A stretch of DNA of 64,000 bases from the NCBI GenBank assembly GCA_001949185.1, contig BDGG01000001.1:1422263-1486262 (forward strand), given 5' to 3'. This DNA is from Ramazzottius varieornatus. Taxonomy: Eukaryota > Animalia > Tardigrada. The notes beneath the pieces are model-generated. The model was given only the letters and a program-made list of their open reading frames with translations. It did not search any database and was not told the origin of the DNA. A program made the position numbers and the translations under genes. Shown here one piece after another: positions 36,501-48,652 of this stretch. The stretch's first letter is position 1; the number at the start of each line of letters is the position of its first letter.

Positions 36501-39179
36501 CCAGACACTGAGAAGGCTCAAGAAGACTCACTTCCGGTCGCAGACGATACAGATAACATGTGGGTCGCCGCTTTCTCTCCAGTCGAAACGAAAGCAGAGA
36601 AACTTGCTCAGAACTTACCGAAGAACGAGAAAGTGAGTGAACAGTCACCGGAAATTATCTCGAAAGACGCGGAAGAGAATGTCAAGAAGTTTCTTCCGAA
36701 AGAAGCTCCGACTTATAACGTACCCTCTCCCAAAGTCAGTCAGTCGAAGCCAGGCGGTATTGAGATCTCTTCGATCAAGCAAACCAGCCAAGATAAGCCC
36801 GTCAGCGCACTTCCGGTCAGGACTTCGGTCAGCGTACCCAAACCAGGTAGCCAAAAAACAGCGAACCAACCGACTTCCGCCAAACCAGTCGATCAAGCCA
36901 AGCCCATCAGGCCTTCCGAACCTGTCAAGAAACCAGAAGCTCCCAAGCCCTTACTTCCCGCCGTCAAAGCTGAGCATCCTCTCTCGTGGCTTCCAGAAGC
37001 GAAGCGGAAGTCTACTCTCGGTCAGAAGCCGATTTCGGTCGGTCTAGATAAACCGAAGAAGCCCAGCGAACCTTTACCGTCACTTGGTCAAGTCAAGTTG
37101 AGCTCCTCGGCTACAGGAGCTGTTCCTGATGCCCCGAAAAATACGAAGCCTGCTGTACCGCCAGAAGCAAGAAAGAAACCTGTGGAGGTACCAGCAAAGA
37201 GTGGAATGGACAAGCCAGCAGCGGTGAAAGAAGCGTTACCGACAGCGCGAAAGACGCCGCCTCCCAGTTTTTGTTTTGCTGCCAAGCCTGAACCCGTCAA
37301 AACGGCCGAACAAGTTGCCACGCCAGTCCCTGTGACAAGTGTCCCTAGTGTGAAGGCTGTGAGTGAGCCAAAATCAAGAGATTCAGAGGCGGAATCCAGA
37401 GACTCGCAGAAAGATCACAAAGACAGTTGTAAGCCGTCGTCAAGCGGAAGTAAGAACGGAAGTCGACCCAGAAGCAGGAGTCGAGATCGCAGTGAAAGAC
37501 GAAGAGACAGAAGTCGAAGTCGGCACCGAGACCGAGACCGAAGAAGAGATGACTCCAGAGATCGAAAGAGGAGGGATGACTCGCGGGATCACGACAGAAG
37601 TAGCTCCAGCAGAAGAAGGGAAGACTCCACAGAACGAAGGAAAGATTCCAGCGACCGTTACAAGTCAAGGGCGGAACCTCGACCCCCTGCGGAGCCGCCG
37701 AAGGTCCGTGCTCCACCCCCTCCAGCAGATGGACCCCCACCACGTCGGGCACAGCCACCGCCCCCAGCCCCGCCTCCCCGATATGACAACCAGTCACGAA
37801 GCCGGGGTGGCTTTACCAACCATTTCCGTGCCGGAAGTCCGTCGCGCAGTTTCTTTCCACCAAACCAACCAAATCAACAACTGACCCAAGGTCGGCCTAA
37901 TCAACCAGTGGTGTTCAATCAAGTGGAGGACATCGAAGACGTGGAAATGGAGGACGTTGGTGCAGCTCGAGTAAACTACAGGGACCAAGCGCACTTCCAG
38001 CAAGACCTCCAGTATGAAGGTACGAGAAAGCCAGTATACTTTGATGGGGATGGTGTGATCGAGACAGCGAACAACGTCCAGGAGGAAGATTTGGATGGTT
38101 CCTTCGTAGAAGAGATGGACGATGAAATGATCGCTCAGCAGTGCGATCCCTTGTATGGTGCGCATTCTGGCGCACCTGCTCCGTTTCGGAATGTCTTCCT
38201 ACAAAATTTTTCTCCACAAAGTGCTTACAGCCAAGATAACTTTTATCCACAACAACAGGCAACACAATCACCAGTTTACAATAACGTACAGAACAGATAT
38301 GCTCAGAGTTATCCTGTGCAGCAGCCTCCAGCTCAGTTTGCTCCTCGAGGTTTCGGTGGTGGCGTGGCAGGTAAACTGTACGACGAGTACAGTAGGCAAG
38401 AAGCTCCGCAGAACTGGAACATTCCACGGACTGACGGTTATCAAAGCCCGGTAGTGCAAAACCCACGAGGAAGCCATTCGCGGCCGAACAGTTCAGATCG
38501 GCGTCAGGGCCTCTTCTCGCTCCCACCTGGGGAAGATCTACTTGAGTTAGCACCCGTCTTCTCACCTCCTCCAAGACAAGGTTTGCTCGAAGAGATTCCT
38601 CGTAATCACCTGACGAACCTTCGAGCCGCAGCAGTCGCGGAAGACCCGTACTACCAACCGCAGTTTCCGCCTCAACAGCCGTACGAGCAAGTGCCGCAGC
38701 TGTACACTCCGACGGTTCGACTTCGTGGACTTCAGCCGCAACAGCCTCAACCGAACCTTCAAGGTAGATTTCTACTTCCTTTTTCAAGTTTCCTCGTATA
38801 GTCGTGAGCTCGACAAACAGACTGGACAAGATTGTTTGCCATCGTTGCGCGCGTTTTCAGTTATGTTGGCTGGAAGCGTGCGCCACTTGGAAAAAGGATC
38901 CGGTCAAGTACGTCTGTCGGTATCCCATTTCGACTTTCATGTACCGTTACGGTTCTCTTCGCAGCTTACGGAGATCGACAGCTTAACCAGCAACCCAGAG
39001 ATCCTTTCTACGACCAGAACTCGTATCGCAGTGGCGCGAACAAGGTACGCTGAGATATTCCATGATGTAAGTCGCTGTGTTGTGCAACTTCAAACTGCAA
39101 TAGCAATGAATTGTTCTTTATGCAGGGGGTGCCGCATAGGCCTCACAATACATGGGTGGATGACAGCTGGAGATTGTAG
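33582..39179 (+). CDS. PCED1: PC-esterase (SGNH-like, PCED1/FAM113 family) protein with a ~950-aa low-complexity C-terminal extension; multi-exon
   Basis: ILKGRMVLFIGDS|VTRSVYKDLV, FEEVRAY, PEIVFMNSCLWDMVR, FLSTLPV, YLDLY and DGTHWKPQAHR are PCED1 motifs; phase-compatible splicing continues through 35687-35933, 36225-38763, 38966-39044 and 39126-39179 (boundaries +/-2). Confidence 0.88.
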
Positions 39180-39501
39180 CATCGCTCCGAGATGAGGTAT
39201 TGTATATAAGACTTGACAAAGTTATAATGATGGATGTTATTACTTCCTGACCAAAGATTGCAGTATTAAGGCCTAAAATGGGACTTTCCCTCATCAAAGA
39301 ATGTCTGTTTTTCTTACCCAAAAGAAATTTACTCGTGAGTTCCATATCACTGTTTCCTTTACACTGCTTTCACTGCTGCAATCTCATCCGCTTCTCAATG
39401 GTCCAAGAGACTCGTACTTGAAAATTCGGTTAATATTGTGAATAGAAAATCTTCAGCGCTTTCGATCAAAATTCGGCGCATCTGAAAGAATGTAAGTTTT
39501 T

Positions 39502-40675
39502 CTAGCGCATTGGTTTCAGAGCATTTTGCGAAGCTCTCTTTACACTTTGCTTCCTCTTCCTCGGTTCTTCCTGTATCCTCGGTTTACTCTGGTTCGGATT
39601 CGGAGTAGACTGCGTCGAACCCAGCTTGTTGTTTTGTGCGGCATTTGTCCTGTCTTTCGGCAATGGCGTGCTGAGGTTCTCCGAACTGTCTCTGTCAGAG
39701 GTCATTCCATTCGGTGAGCTTGTCAAGTTTCCTTCCGACCGTTTATCAATATGCAATTGATCAGCTAATAAGTACGCCGCCAGAAATTCCACGGGGTTCT
39801 TCGGTCTTCTCTTCAGTATTTCCGCTAAGCCCTGCGCTAACAACGGCCCAACCGTCGCTTCTAGGTAATCCGGTCCGGACATCATGGAAGCATTACTAGG
39901 GGTTAAAGGGTCTTTCTGTGATCCTTTCTGCCTGTTCCTCGAACTGATAACACGCTCTTTGAACTTTGCAGCGTATTCCATCTGAGCAGGGGATACAGTC
40001 AGTTCTTCATCAGAGGCCGCACTGCCGAGACTTGCACCTCGAGGTACAGATGCGACATCGGACCGGTCCGTGTTCGAGCCAGCTAAGGCTATTGTACTGT
40101 CGTGTAAGGGTTGCTTCTTTTGTTCGGTGGGAGCAAATTCGGTGGGGTTTTGTTTGTCATCGCGGAAGCTGGATCCATATTCCTCTTGGGACTGTTCGGG
40201 CCAGTTTTCTTCACTGACGTTGTCCGAAGCGCCATCTTGGACGGTGCTGTCGGCATCGGAAGAAGAAATATCGAATTCGGGGGTTTCGCTCGTGTAAGAA
40301 CGGCTATCGCTAGCGGTACTGCAAGTGGAGTCGTCGGCTGAAGGTGATTCCCTCACATCCAGAATACTTGCTGGATCTTTGTTACCTGCCCGTAGAAAAA
40401 ATTAACTGTAGAAGGTGTCTATAAATTCAATTTGTTCATTGCGATGTGTTTAACCGCTTAACAGCAAAGTCGATCCCCCTTTACAGAAGTTTATGAAGGT
40501 ATGACCGGTGTTTAAGTTAAATCATAGCGTTCTGATTTTCACCTGCTGCGGAATGAAGTTGTTCCCGATTCGAGGAGGAGGTAGTCGTGTTATGGTCAGT
40601 AGGCTGATTCCGCCGACTGTCGATCTCTTTGCTCTTTGTTTTTCCCAGCGGTTTTCGATTCCGGGCACCTTCCAT
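39502..40675 (-). CDS. Dpy-30 motif protein (DYDC-like) with acidic Ser-rich N-terminus; exons 40675-40543 and 40385-39502 (~338 aa)
   Basis: DYLEATVGPLLAQGLAEILKRRPKNPVEFLAAYLL is a Dpy-30/RIIa-type docking motif; phase-1 intron G|gtgaaa..gggcag|GT. Confidence 0.85.
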
Positions 40676-43644
40676 TGTAGTTATATCCTCGTTGCTACTG
40701 CGCGCCGAAATTACATAGATGTAATTTGATATCGATTCGACATGAAGTGTCGCATTGTAAATGTCTTAACGTGTTGAATCATCAAGAACTTATATATGGG
40801 ATACTACAGAAAACCCAGCGACGGTCACGAGCCGTTCACAGAGTCGGCCGGGCGAGCAGATGTTGTGAAGCAACTGGGTTCCACCTAGAGCTGGCAAGAC
40901 TAAAAGTCCAGCGATGCACTCAACGGCGTTCCAGGAAACTATTGTGAAAACTGTTTCGCGCAGCGATACCGAACGTCCAAGTTTGCCAGTACTTCATGGA
41001 CATCCGTGGCAGAGAAAGCTAGAAGCTTGTGGACGTCATGTTACTCTAGTTGGTCAGTTTTCAAAAGACTCACTTTGTCAACCGGCAGCACGGACCGGTG
41101 CTTTTTCGTCTGGTATGGCGAGACATCAGCTCACGGATGTGCGGCAGTGACGTCACCGCGAAAAAGTTATAATTCAGCTAGAGGATAGTAGGGAGTATCG
41201 AAACTGGATTGTCTGTTAATTCTTCATCCATATGCGGATTAAACTGTGTATTTTGTGTCCTTCATCGTATTTTATCGAGTCCGAAGTTCAGGCAGTCATG
41301 AGACGTATGTATAGATTTTGCTATGAATATATAATCGGGTGAATGCGTAAATCTACAGTTGTAAACCCTCAACTGACCATGACAGCTCTGAATCACCTTC
41401 ATCTGAATTCGCTACCTCAGATGCTACCAGGCAAAAAGTAACATCTGCTGCGGTGTGTAATGGTAGAGTGCGCTGAGCTGTCTCGGTAGTTCTTGTAGGC
41501 CGACACCCTAGTAGACACAATGACGAGTAGAAAAAACAAACGTTATTGCAATGCGATGCTGACGCTTTCAGCGCCACCCTACACATCCGCACCCTGGCTA
41601 AAGTAGCGGGCTAACCACGCTCCTCCACCAGCTGGTGTCATGTCGATACTGTGCGTCACATAAAGTATGGAAGTAGCGAGAATGTAACTTTTGGACTGGG
41701 TTGAACAATCTTGGTGTACTCATACGTGTACGCAGAAAAGTGGGCGTTGCCAATTGACCAGTCTTTCTGTGTTTAACCACTGTGACGTCACGGTTTGTGC
41801 AAACGTGCATTGCTGCACGAGCTTTTGCCTTTCATGCGCGACAGCAGCGTCGATCAGGTGCCAAACCTTCTCTTCTTACTTTCTGCATCAGTGATTTGTG
41901 GAATACAATCGGAGAGTGGAATATAATCGGAGAGGCTCAACCGGCAGAAGAATTCATTTTCCCTTTCAAGCATATCTCGCTTCGCATCTGCTCTGTCCTG
42001 TCCGAATTGTAAAGTAAGACCAAGTTGGTCTTGTATAAAGTCTTCAGATTCTTCCGCTCGATCTGCTCCGATACACTTCCTTGTCTATTTCGATCTGATC
42101 GTCCCTTTCTAAAGTTCCGTTCATTAGTATCCATTGAGTTGAGAAGGTCATCCTTGTACCTTTGGGGATCAGCCTTGGAATTATTTGGACGATGGATAAG
42201 GAGAACCGCGGACTTGTGCGCGTGCCAGCACGGACCGGTAAGTGATTGTTTGAACCTTGGATATTTGTTAAAGAGATGCTGGTTATATTTACCTGGCACT
42301 TGAATTGAGTAATGAATCTCCTCACTGTCCGCTCAACAAACTACTTGATATAGTTGATACTTGGCTCCCAGTACGGAAACTCTAACTTTGAGCCGGGCAC
42401 GTAGTACTCGAACATCAAACCGCGTACTCGGTGAGGAAGGAAGAAAAAACGCAGGTTGCTATATACGAAATTGTTACCTTTCTTTTGTCTACATGAAGAT
42501 ATATTGACATATGATTGCTGAACTGCTATAACGGTGTACGTTTACCCGCAGTACGCTCCAGCTAATGCATATGATGTGTCGTATCGAGTCAAACAGTCAT
42601 CGCCAGTTTTTGCTTTCTGCTTCTTGGTAAACATATTCTAGCGGTATAAAGTTACCCACTTGTAAAGATCCAATTCTGCTTTACCGTTGCACGATTACTA
42701 ATACCATTACTCAGCTTGCATGTTTCTACTTTTGCCATGCTTTTGCTTTGCAGCAAGTTTTCAACAGTAGCCATCTTGTAGTATCGTCTAGCTCACCGCT
42801 TTTTGAACTGGATGGACTGTTCTTCACGAGCGGCGGATTATTTTTGCTGTGCAGCTCTAGTCATTGTTCCGATATACATTTTGTAGTTTCAAGTTCGCAT
42901 GTCATCAAGTGTTGCTTTTGACTTTTGATGTTTGCGTGCAATGTGTTCAACCGATATGAACTGAAGGGCGTTCGTGTGACCATTTTACATAGCACGCTCG
43001 GACCTCTACCACACTGAGACAAAGTGCACGCAAACACTTCCATCTTGGTTTTTGATCCCTACGCAATTTTTTCTCGAACAATCCTCCTTCGAGTCGATTA
43101 GAGGTAATTTTGTCAAATTTTCTATGAATTTTTTGATTACAGATTTTCTTATCGGTGACCGTCCGACTTTCTGAGTCTGTCAATTTGCAGTCGATCCTTC
43201 ACTTTAATTTTGAAATCCGACAACTCGATAACGTCAGATGGATACGGTCAAATAATACCGCTAGCTCGATCGAACACTGATATGTCCGTCGCCGGCTTAA
43301 CTCGTATTAATAGGGATAAATGCCGGCTGTTGAATTTATGGTGCTGTGCACAGTTGCGGCTCGCCTGATAGTCGTCTCATTTTCTTCCATCCTCACAACT
43401 GGTTTCTCGAAAGTCTCCCCGCTAGTCTTTCTTCAAAATTTCTTCCAGCTATCTAGCACAGCCATAAAATTTAATCCGTGCCGTAACGTCTCTCTTTTGT
43501 CCGTCCAGTAGATTCCCATCCGGGACTTGTGTGTATATTTCCTGGTGCTACAGAGTTTGCAGAGACAACAACCATTGTGTAAACCCAATTTGCCCGTTTG
43601 TTGTTTTAGCTTGGTTCTTTTCTGTTGCAGGAATATCAACAAAC

Positions 43645-46600
43645 ATGTCTGCCGGCGAGAAGATTAAAGCCTTACAGACTTGGTGTCAAAAAGTGACGGA
43701 CGGATTTGCCGGGGTGAGCATCACCAATTTCACAACATCCTTCCGCGATGGACTGGCCTTCTGCGCCATCATTGCGCGCTTCCGTCCAGATTTAATGTAA
43801 GTCTGATGGGGTAGTCTATCAATCCCAAAGACAAACACTTCGTTGACGCAATAATACAAACGATGCTTAAACGGCGGGCAGAAGTATAGTGAGGTCCAAG
43901 TTTACCGAATGAACGATATGTATGCTGTCGCCAGTGAGTTCCTCATTACGCAATATGTGCTTCTAACGATATTATTCAGTGAACGAGCGATAAGAACATT
44001 CGCCACAAGGCCAACATGTGCTTTTGTTTTTGATTGATCGACAAAGTACTTGTATGCAAAATTTTCCTTGAATTTTTCGATTGTGTCGAATATGGGAGGT
44101 TTCTCGAAATTTTCATGGTTGACGGTTCCGGCTATTGTTATGCACCACTCGAGCATCTCTTTCAATGATCTGCAGAGCATAATTACGGTCTTCGCACAAG
44201 TAATTGTCGAAAGAAAGCGAAAGCTCAAAGGAGGGTAATCTGTATACAGTGTCTATCTCTGCAACCGAAGATAACCAATTTAGTCTGCTGAACGAAAATA
44301 TGTATAATTAGTCCGAAGAGCTCAGACCGCTCAAACAGCACCGCGCGGTGACTTTGGCGTCTTTGACCGGCAGCGTTCAAATTTAACGACTTGAGGCTCT
44401 TCGGCTTTGCTTCGGACACCGAGCAGAAGAGCACGTTTTGCACCCATCAATTTTCGGCTGGGTAGCCTGGGTATAATTTATTGCGCGGCCTTTTAGTGAC
44501 AGTCGAGAGAGCAGGACAGTAGTCAAGGACTACACAACGAGCTCTTGGGTCCTCCTCACATTCACCAGAATGCTAAATTGATAGGACTGTAAACCGGTTC
44601 CGACCCTTCAATCAGTGGTCAATCCTGAGAAATCGACGGGCGACATGGGATGTTGTGTCCGTTGGACCAAATAGTTTACAACCTGTCGTCCCAAAAGGCC
44701 TTCCGGCTATTTTGACTGTTTTGAAATTGCGGTATTTCGTAATCCTTTAGTTTAAACCGAGGTTCTTTTCTTTTGCAGAGATTACGACTCGTTATCCAAA
44801 GGCGACATCCTCCACAACAATCAGCTAGTAAGTACTACGATGGAAAAAACCAAAGGGACAACGGAGTTTGATGCACGTTCGAAAAAGTAGCACTGCGGGA
44901 ATGCGTGACGTACTGTAGCAAAATGCTTGAAATTTCTTTCTTGCGGTCGAACTTCATACATACCATCAGTTGTACAAAAACTCATGTCTATGAAATCCGT
45001 AGCTGATTGGTTCATTGCAAAATGTGGCGTAAGGTATGGCGGTAATCTTTGTTGGACCGAGAAAGTCGAACGTTTACTCCGGAATGTATCGTCACGATCC
45101 AGGCTGTAGTTTGCCGGGTATTCATCACTGATGACATCCTGCATGGTCATTGTGATTTATGATCCTGCTAGCTCGCTTTACATTTACCATCAATGCGCTA
45201 AACAGAAGAGCGCAGGCAGTGGGAAGGTCCACGACACAAAGATAACAATTGTCAATTAACCGAACTCTGTCAGCGAGCAATCGGATAATTGAGTTGACGG
45301 TTCTTTGTTTTATTCATGATCTTATCGCTTCCTTCTTTGCTCTTCACAGGCTTTCGACGTCGCGGAACAGAAACTTGGCGTCCCTGCCCTCCTGGACGCC
45401 AAAGATTTGTGTCACTACAGCGTGCCTGACCGAAAATGCATCATCCTATACGTCAGCCAGGTTAGTCAAACAAGCGCTGAAAAAGCCATATACCACTGGG
45501 AGCTCGGACTGAAAAGTGCAAACCCGACCAGATCATTTTCCCGAATGGCGCACGTTTCCAATGCATTTGGCTGAAGCGTGCGCGACTTGAAAGAGCAATT
45601 AAGTCGAGTTTACTTTCCACAGTGGCACAAGTTTTCGTTATTACTGGTTGGAAATGTGCGCCATCTGGGAGAAGCAAGCCAGTCCGACAAGAATGCTTTC
45701 TGAAGTGACGCACTTTCGCTACGATATTGGCTGCAGGAGTGAGCCACTTGGACAAGCGATCTGTTCGACTATGTCAACCGAGCTGTATGTTTTCGCGACG
45801 TTGCTTTAGCATGTTTATTATTTTTGCGGCGTTCTACAATCAAGACCAAAGTGAAAAGGGACGATTCTCACATATGGGTTCATTGTTTGATTACACGCAA
45901 AATTCAATGAACGGGCATGAGCACGTTGTATAAATAGCTTTATCAGTGTTTATTATGGCTTCGTGCTTTCAAATCTGATTTACCTGACCTATTTATGTAT
46001 CCCCGTTTCTCTCCTTTGCAGCTTCACCTGCAGTTCCGTGGAATGAAGATACCAAGTAAGTATGCTGCCTGTTTGCACAGTTGCCCTCCTCCTATCTTCC
46101 ATTCGTCTCCATGCAAATAGACCTTTGGGTAGTGCCGGTAATTACATCCTATTACGTGTCACAGTACAAGTAGGGCAGATTATGGATTTTGCCCAGTGGA
46201 AAAAATTAGGTCTCCATCCAGCGATTATGATATCGGCATATAGCAATAATGACACGACGCAGGGAGGGCGCTGTTACTAGGTAGTCCCTGGCTCACGCAA
46301 CAGCTTAATAATGTTGGCCTCAATTCGCCTTCCCCTCCATCGGGAACACGATGGATAATTACCCTAGAAAAGAACGGGACACTTGAACGAATGAGGCAGT
46401 TGAGCGTATTTAACGGATTAGGTCCACTTCAGCGAAGACAATGAGCAAGTCTCCGTTTCAGCTACGCATACTCTTGCAGGGACCGTCAATCTGTACCTGG
46501 TGCGCTCTCAGACACTGTAGTTAGCCAGGCGGATATGGTAAACTGACAGGGAAGCTGGAAGAGGGCGCAAAGTTGATTTCCTTCCCAGTGGAAGGACTTT

Positions 46601-48002
46601 CTGCTCGAGGGTACTTTAGGGACTTGGTATTGCGACGACGACGGTGGTGGTCGTTTGCTTTCCTGTGCAGTGACTGCATCATAGGAATTAGATGGACACC
46701 AAAAGCGAGATCACAAGTGCGATATGTCAGGTAGAGGACGGCCACATAATTAGATTGCCATGAGCGAAGAAAGCGAAGGACAGCAGGTTGGACAGCATGC
46801 CAGACATTATGGCATCAATCGCAGGGCAGGTGAAGCTTTTTGTGATTTTGAGTGCGGTATGTTGGGGAGGGTAGACGTTACAAAAACAGAATCGAGGGTT
46901 TACAATGGTCGAGGACAATGGTACTTCAACCGTAGCTAAAAAATTTAGAAGTTACAGTATTATACACTGACCTTCAACCTGACCATTGTGATGTCGCAGT
47001 CTAATTATTTCTGCCTTCCAGGTCGGCACAAATCAGTACAGGCTGACAACGAGGAGCAGAATTATTTCAAGGTGAAGAATCTATCAACGCACTTGTATTA
47101 AAAGTGGCAATTCCTGATGTTTGCATTTTTCTACTGTTTTTCCACAAGATCAAGTTTGTTATTTGAGCATGGAAAAAATCATTTTCATGTTTCAAGTTCT
47201 TTCTTGCTTGTAGGATATCATCAGTCAACTGTCAACGGCAGAGCCATATCAGTCTCCGGCTGTGCCCTCCATCCGTCGTTCGGTGTCCGAAGACTTCAGC
47301 TCCAACTATAGCCCCGCAAGCTATGTGTCGCGTTCCATATCCTTCGTTAACACAGTCGAGTCCGTCTCCGAAGTACCCGACGAACCTTCGCTCGAAATCG
47401 TCCGGGCCGAAGTACACAACCGTTCCTACAGTTCCTCCACCTCTGAGACCGAAAGCGACTCGACGTGTTCCGCCACGTCCGTGTCGGCCAGTCCATCCAG
47501 TACATCTTCTTACAAGTCCTTTTCCTCATCGGACAATTCATTCTCCTCCGTTAACTCTTCTCCCGAAATCTTCAGTCCGAAAGCCATCGAACGCGAAGCA
47601 AAGGTTGATCTGGAAGGCCCCCAAACAGAAAGTCGACCAAAGCCGGCGTATGAGCGGACCCAGTCTTTGGCCGTAGTGACGTCGCAGCCGGCACCGGTGG
47701 TACGTCGTTCCATGCTGGACGTCCTGTCATATCCGCGAACAACACGGCCTCGTACGGTTCAGACTTGGTATGTTCCTACGACGAATAACAATGACACCGT
47801 TAAATCGACTGCGCCATCAATCTCATCCAGCTCTTCAAAAGTGGCGCACTTGCTCAAGTCATTCGACAATCATCGAAATGTCGTCAAGGATCCTTCATCA
47901 GTCAACCCACCCTTGTACAAATCTAGCGCAACAATGAGTATGACGCCGAAGTACTCTAGACAAACGTCGTTGACGACTGCGCCTGAAACTCGCCTCACAG
48001 CG
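43645..48002 (+). CDS. Calponin-homology (type 2) protein of the MICAL-like/EHBP1 group, 5' portion; exons 43645-43796, 44779-44827, 45350-45460, 46022-46055, 47022-47071, 47214-48002
   Basis: [79 protein letters not shown]; all introns GT-AG and in phase; Ser-rich exon ends at a gtaagg donor (or reads on to a stop at 48044). Confidence 0.88.
45520..45770. repeat. Three tandem copies of the dispersed AAGTGGCGCA-N27-TGCGCCACTT palindrome (further copies at 3810, 4541, 25698, 35063, 35459, 38842)
   Basis: Cores at 45543-45588, 45620-45666 and 45703-45749, inside an intron of the CH-domain gene. Confidence 0.8.
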
Positions 48003-48652
48003 GTAAGGAAAGATAGATCAATTCGAGCACAAGTGACAATTTGAACGACATGGAATCATGGATTTTTGATTTACGAGGCCTCTAAAATTCGGCTTTGTTA
48101 TTTTTTGCAGCACATCTGAAGAAAACCACACCACCACGCCGTTCCGTCCTTCTCATACGTAGATGAAAAGATGATTGATAGTCGTTATAATCGGACCAAT
48201 CAAATTTGTCATGGTTTTTCCTGAGCTTTAGATCTTTTGAAAATTTTCCGATCGTGTGCTGTATCTTCAAATACAATACTAAATTAGAGTAACTAAGATC
48301 TAATATCTATACTGTAGGGAGTAACGTGCATGTGGGAATTTCGTGGTTGTTGTTGTTGAGTTCGTCCTTCTTCAAAACTGTATCGGGTGCTGCCACCTCG
48401 TGGTTATACGCTCGGCTATGAATCCCTATAAGAAATTCGATCTCTAGCAATGGGCTGTCCTGTAAGCAATTAAAAACTGCGCTGAACCGAAATCTCTTCG
48501 CTCTATTTACTTGGCCTTGTGTGGTAAAGATTCGTGCAAGAACTGACTAGCGACAAGAGCAACAACCTTCTTACCACAAGTCTCTGTAGACAACGGGCAG
48601 GGTGCCAGTGCTTAATTTTGGGAAGGACGTCCTTCCTACTTATTCCGGGGGA

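Noticed and set aside
37915-38829. 304-aa minus-strand ORF, and similar antisense ORFs such as 14299-14889
   Set aside because: Antisense shadows of well-supported coding exons.
41937-42440. Overlapping minus-strand ORFs of 93-120 aa
   Set aside because: No recognisable domain, in-frame stop upstream and no consistent exon chain.
45520-45770. CRISPR-like repeat/spacer appearance of the tandem palindromes
   Set aside because: Eukaryotic intron, repeats are inverted and degenerate, spacers are related to each other, no cas genes.
47839-47850. AAGTGGCGCA half-site of the palindrome family
   Set aside because: No partner arm 27 nt downstream and it lies in coding sequence; chance match.
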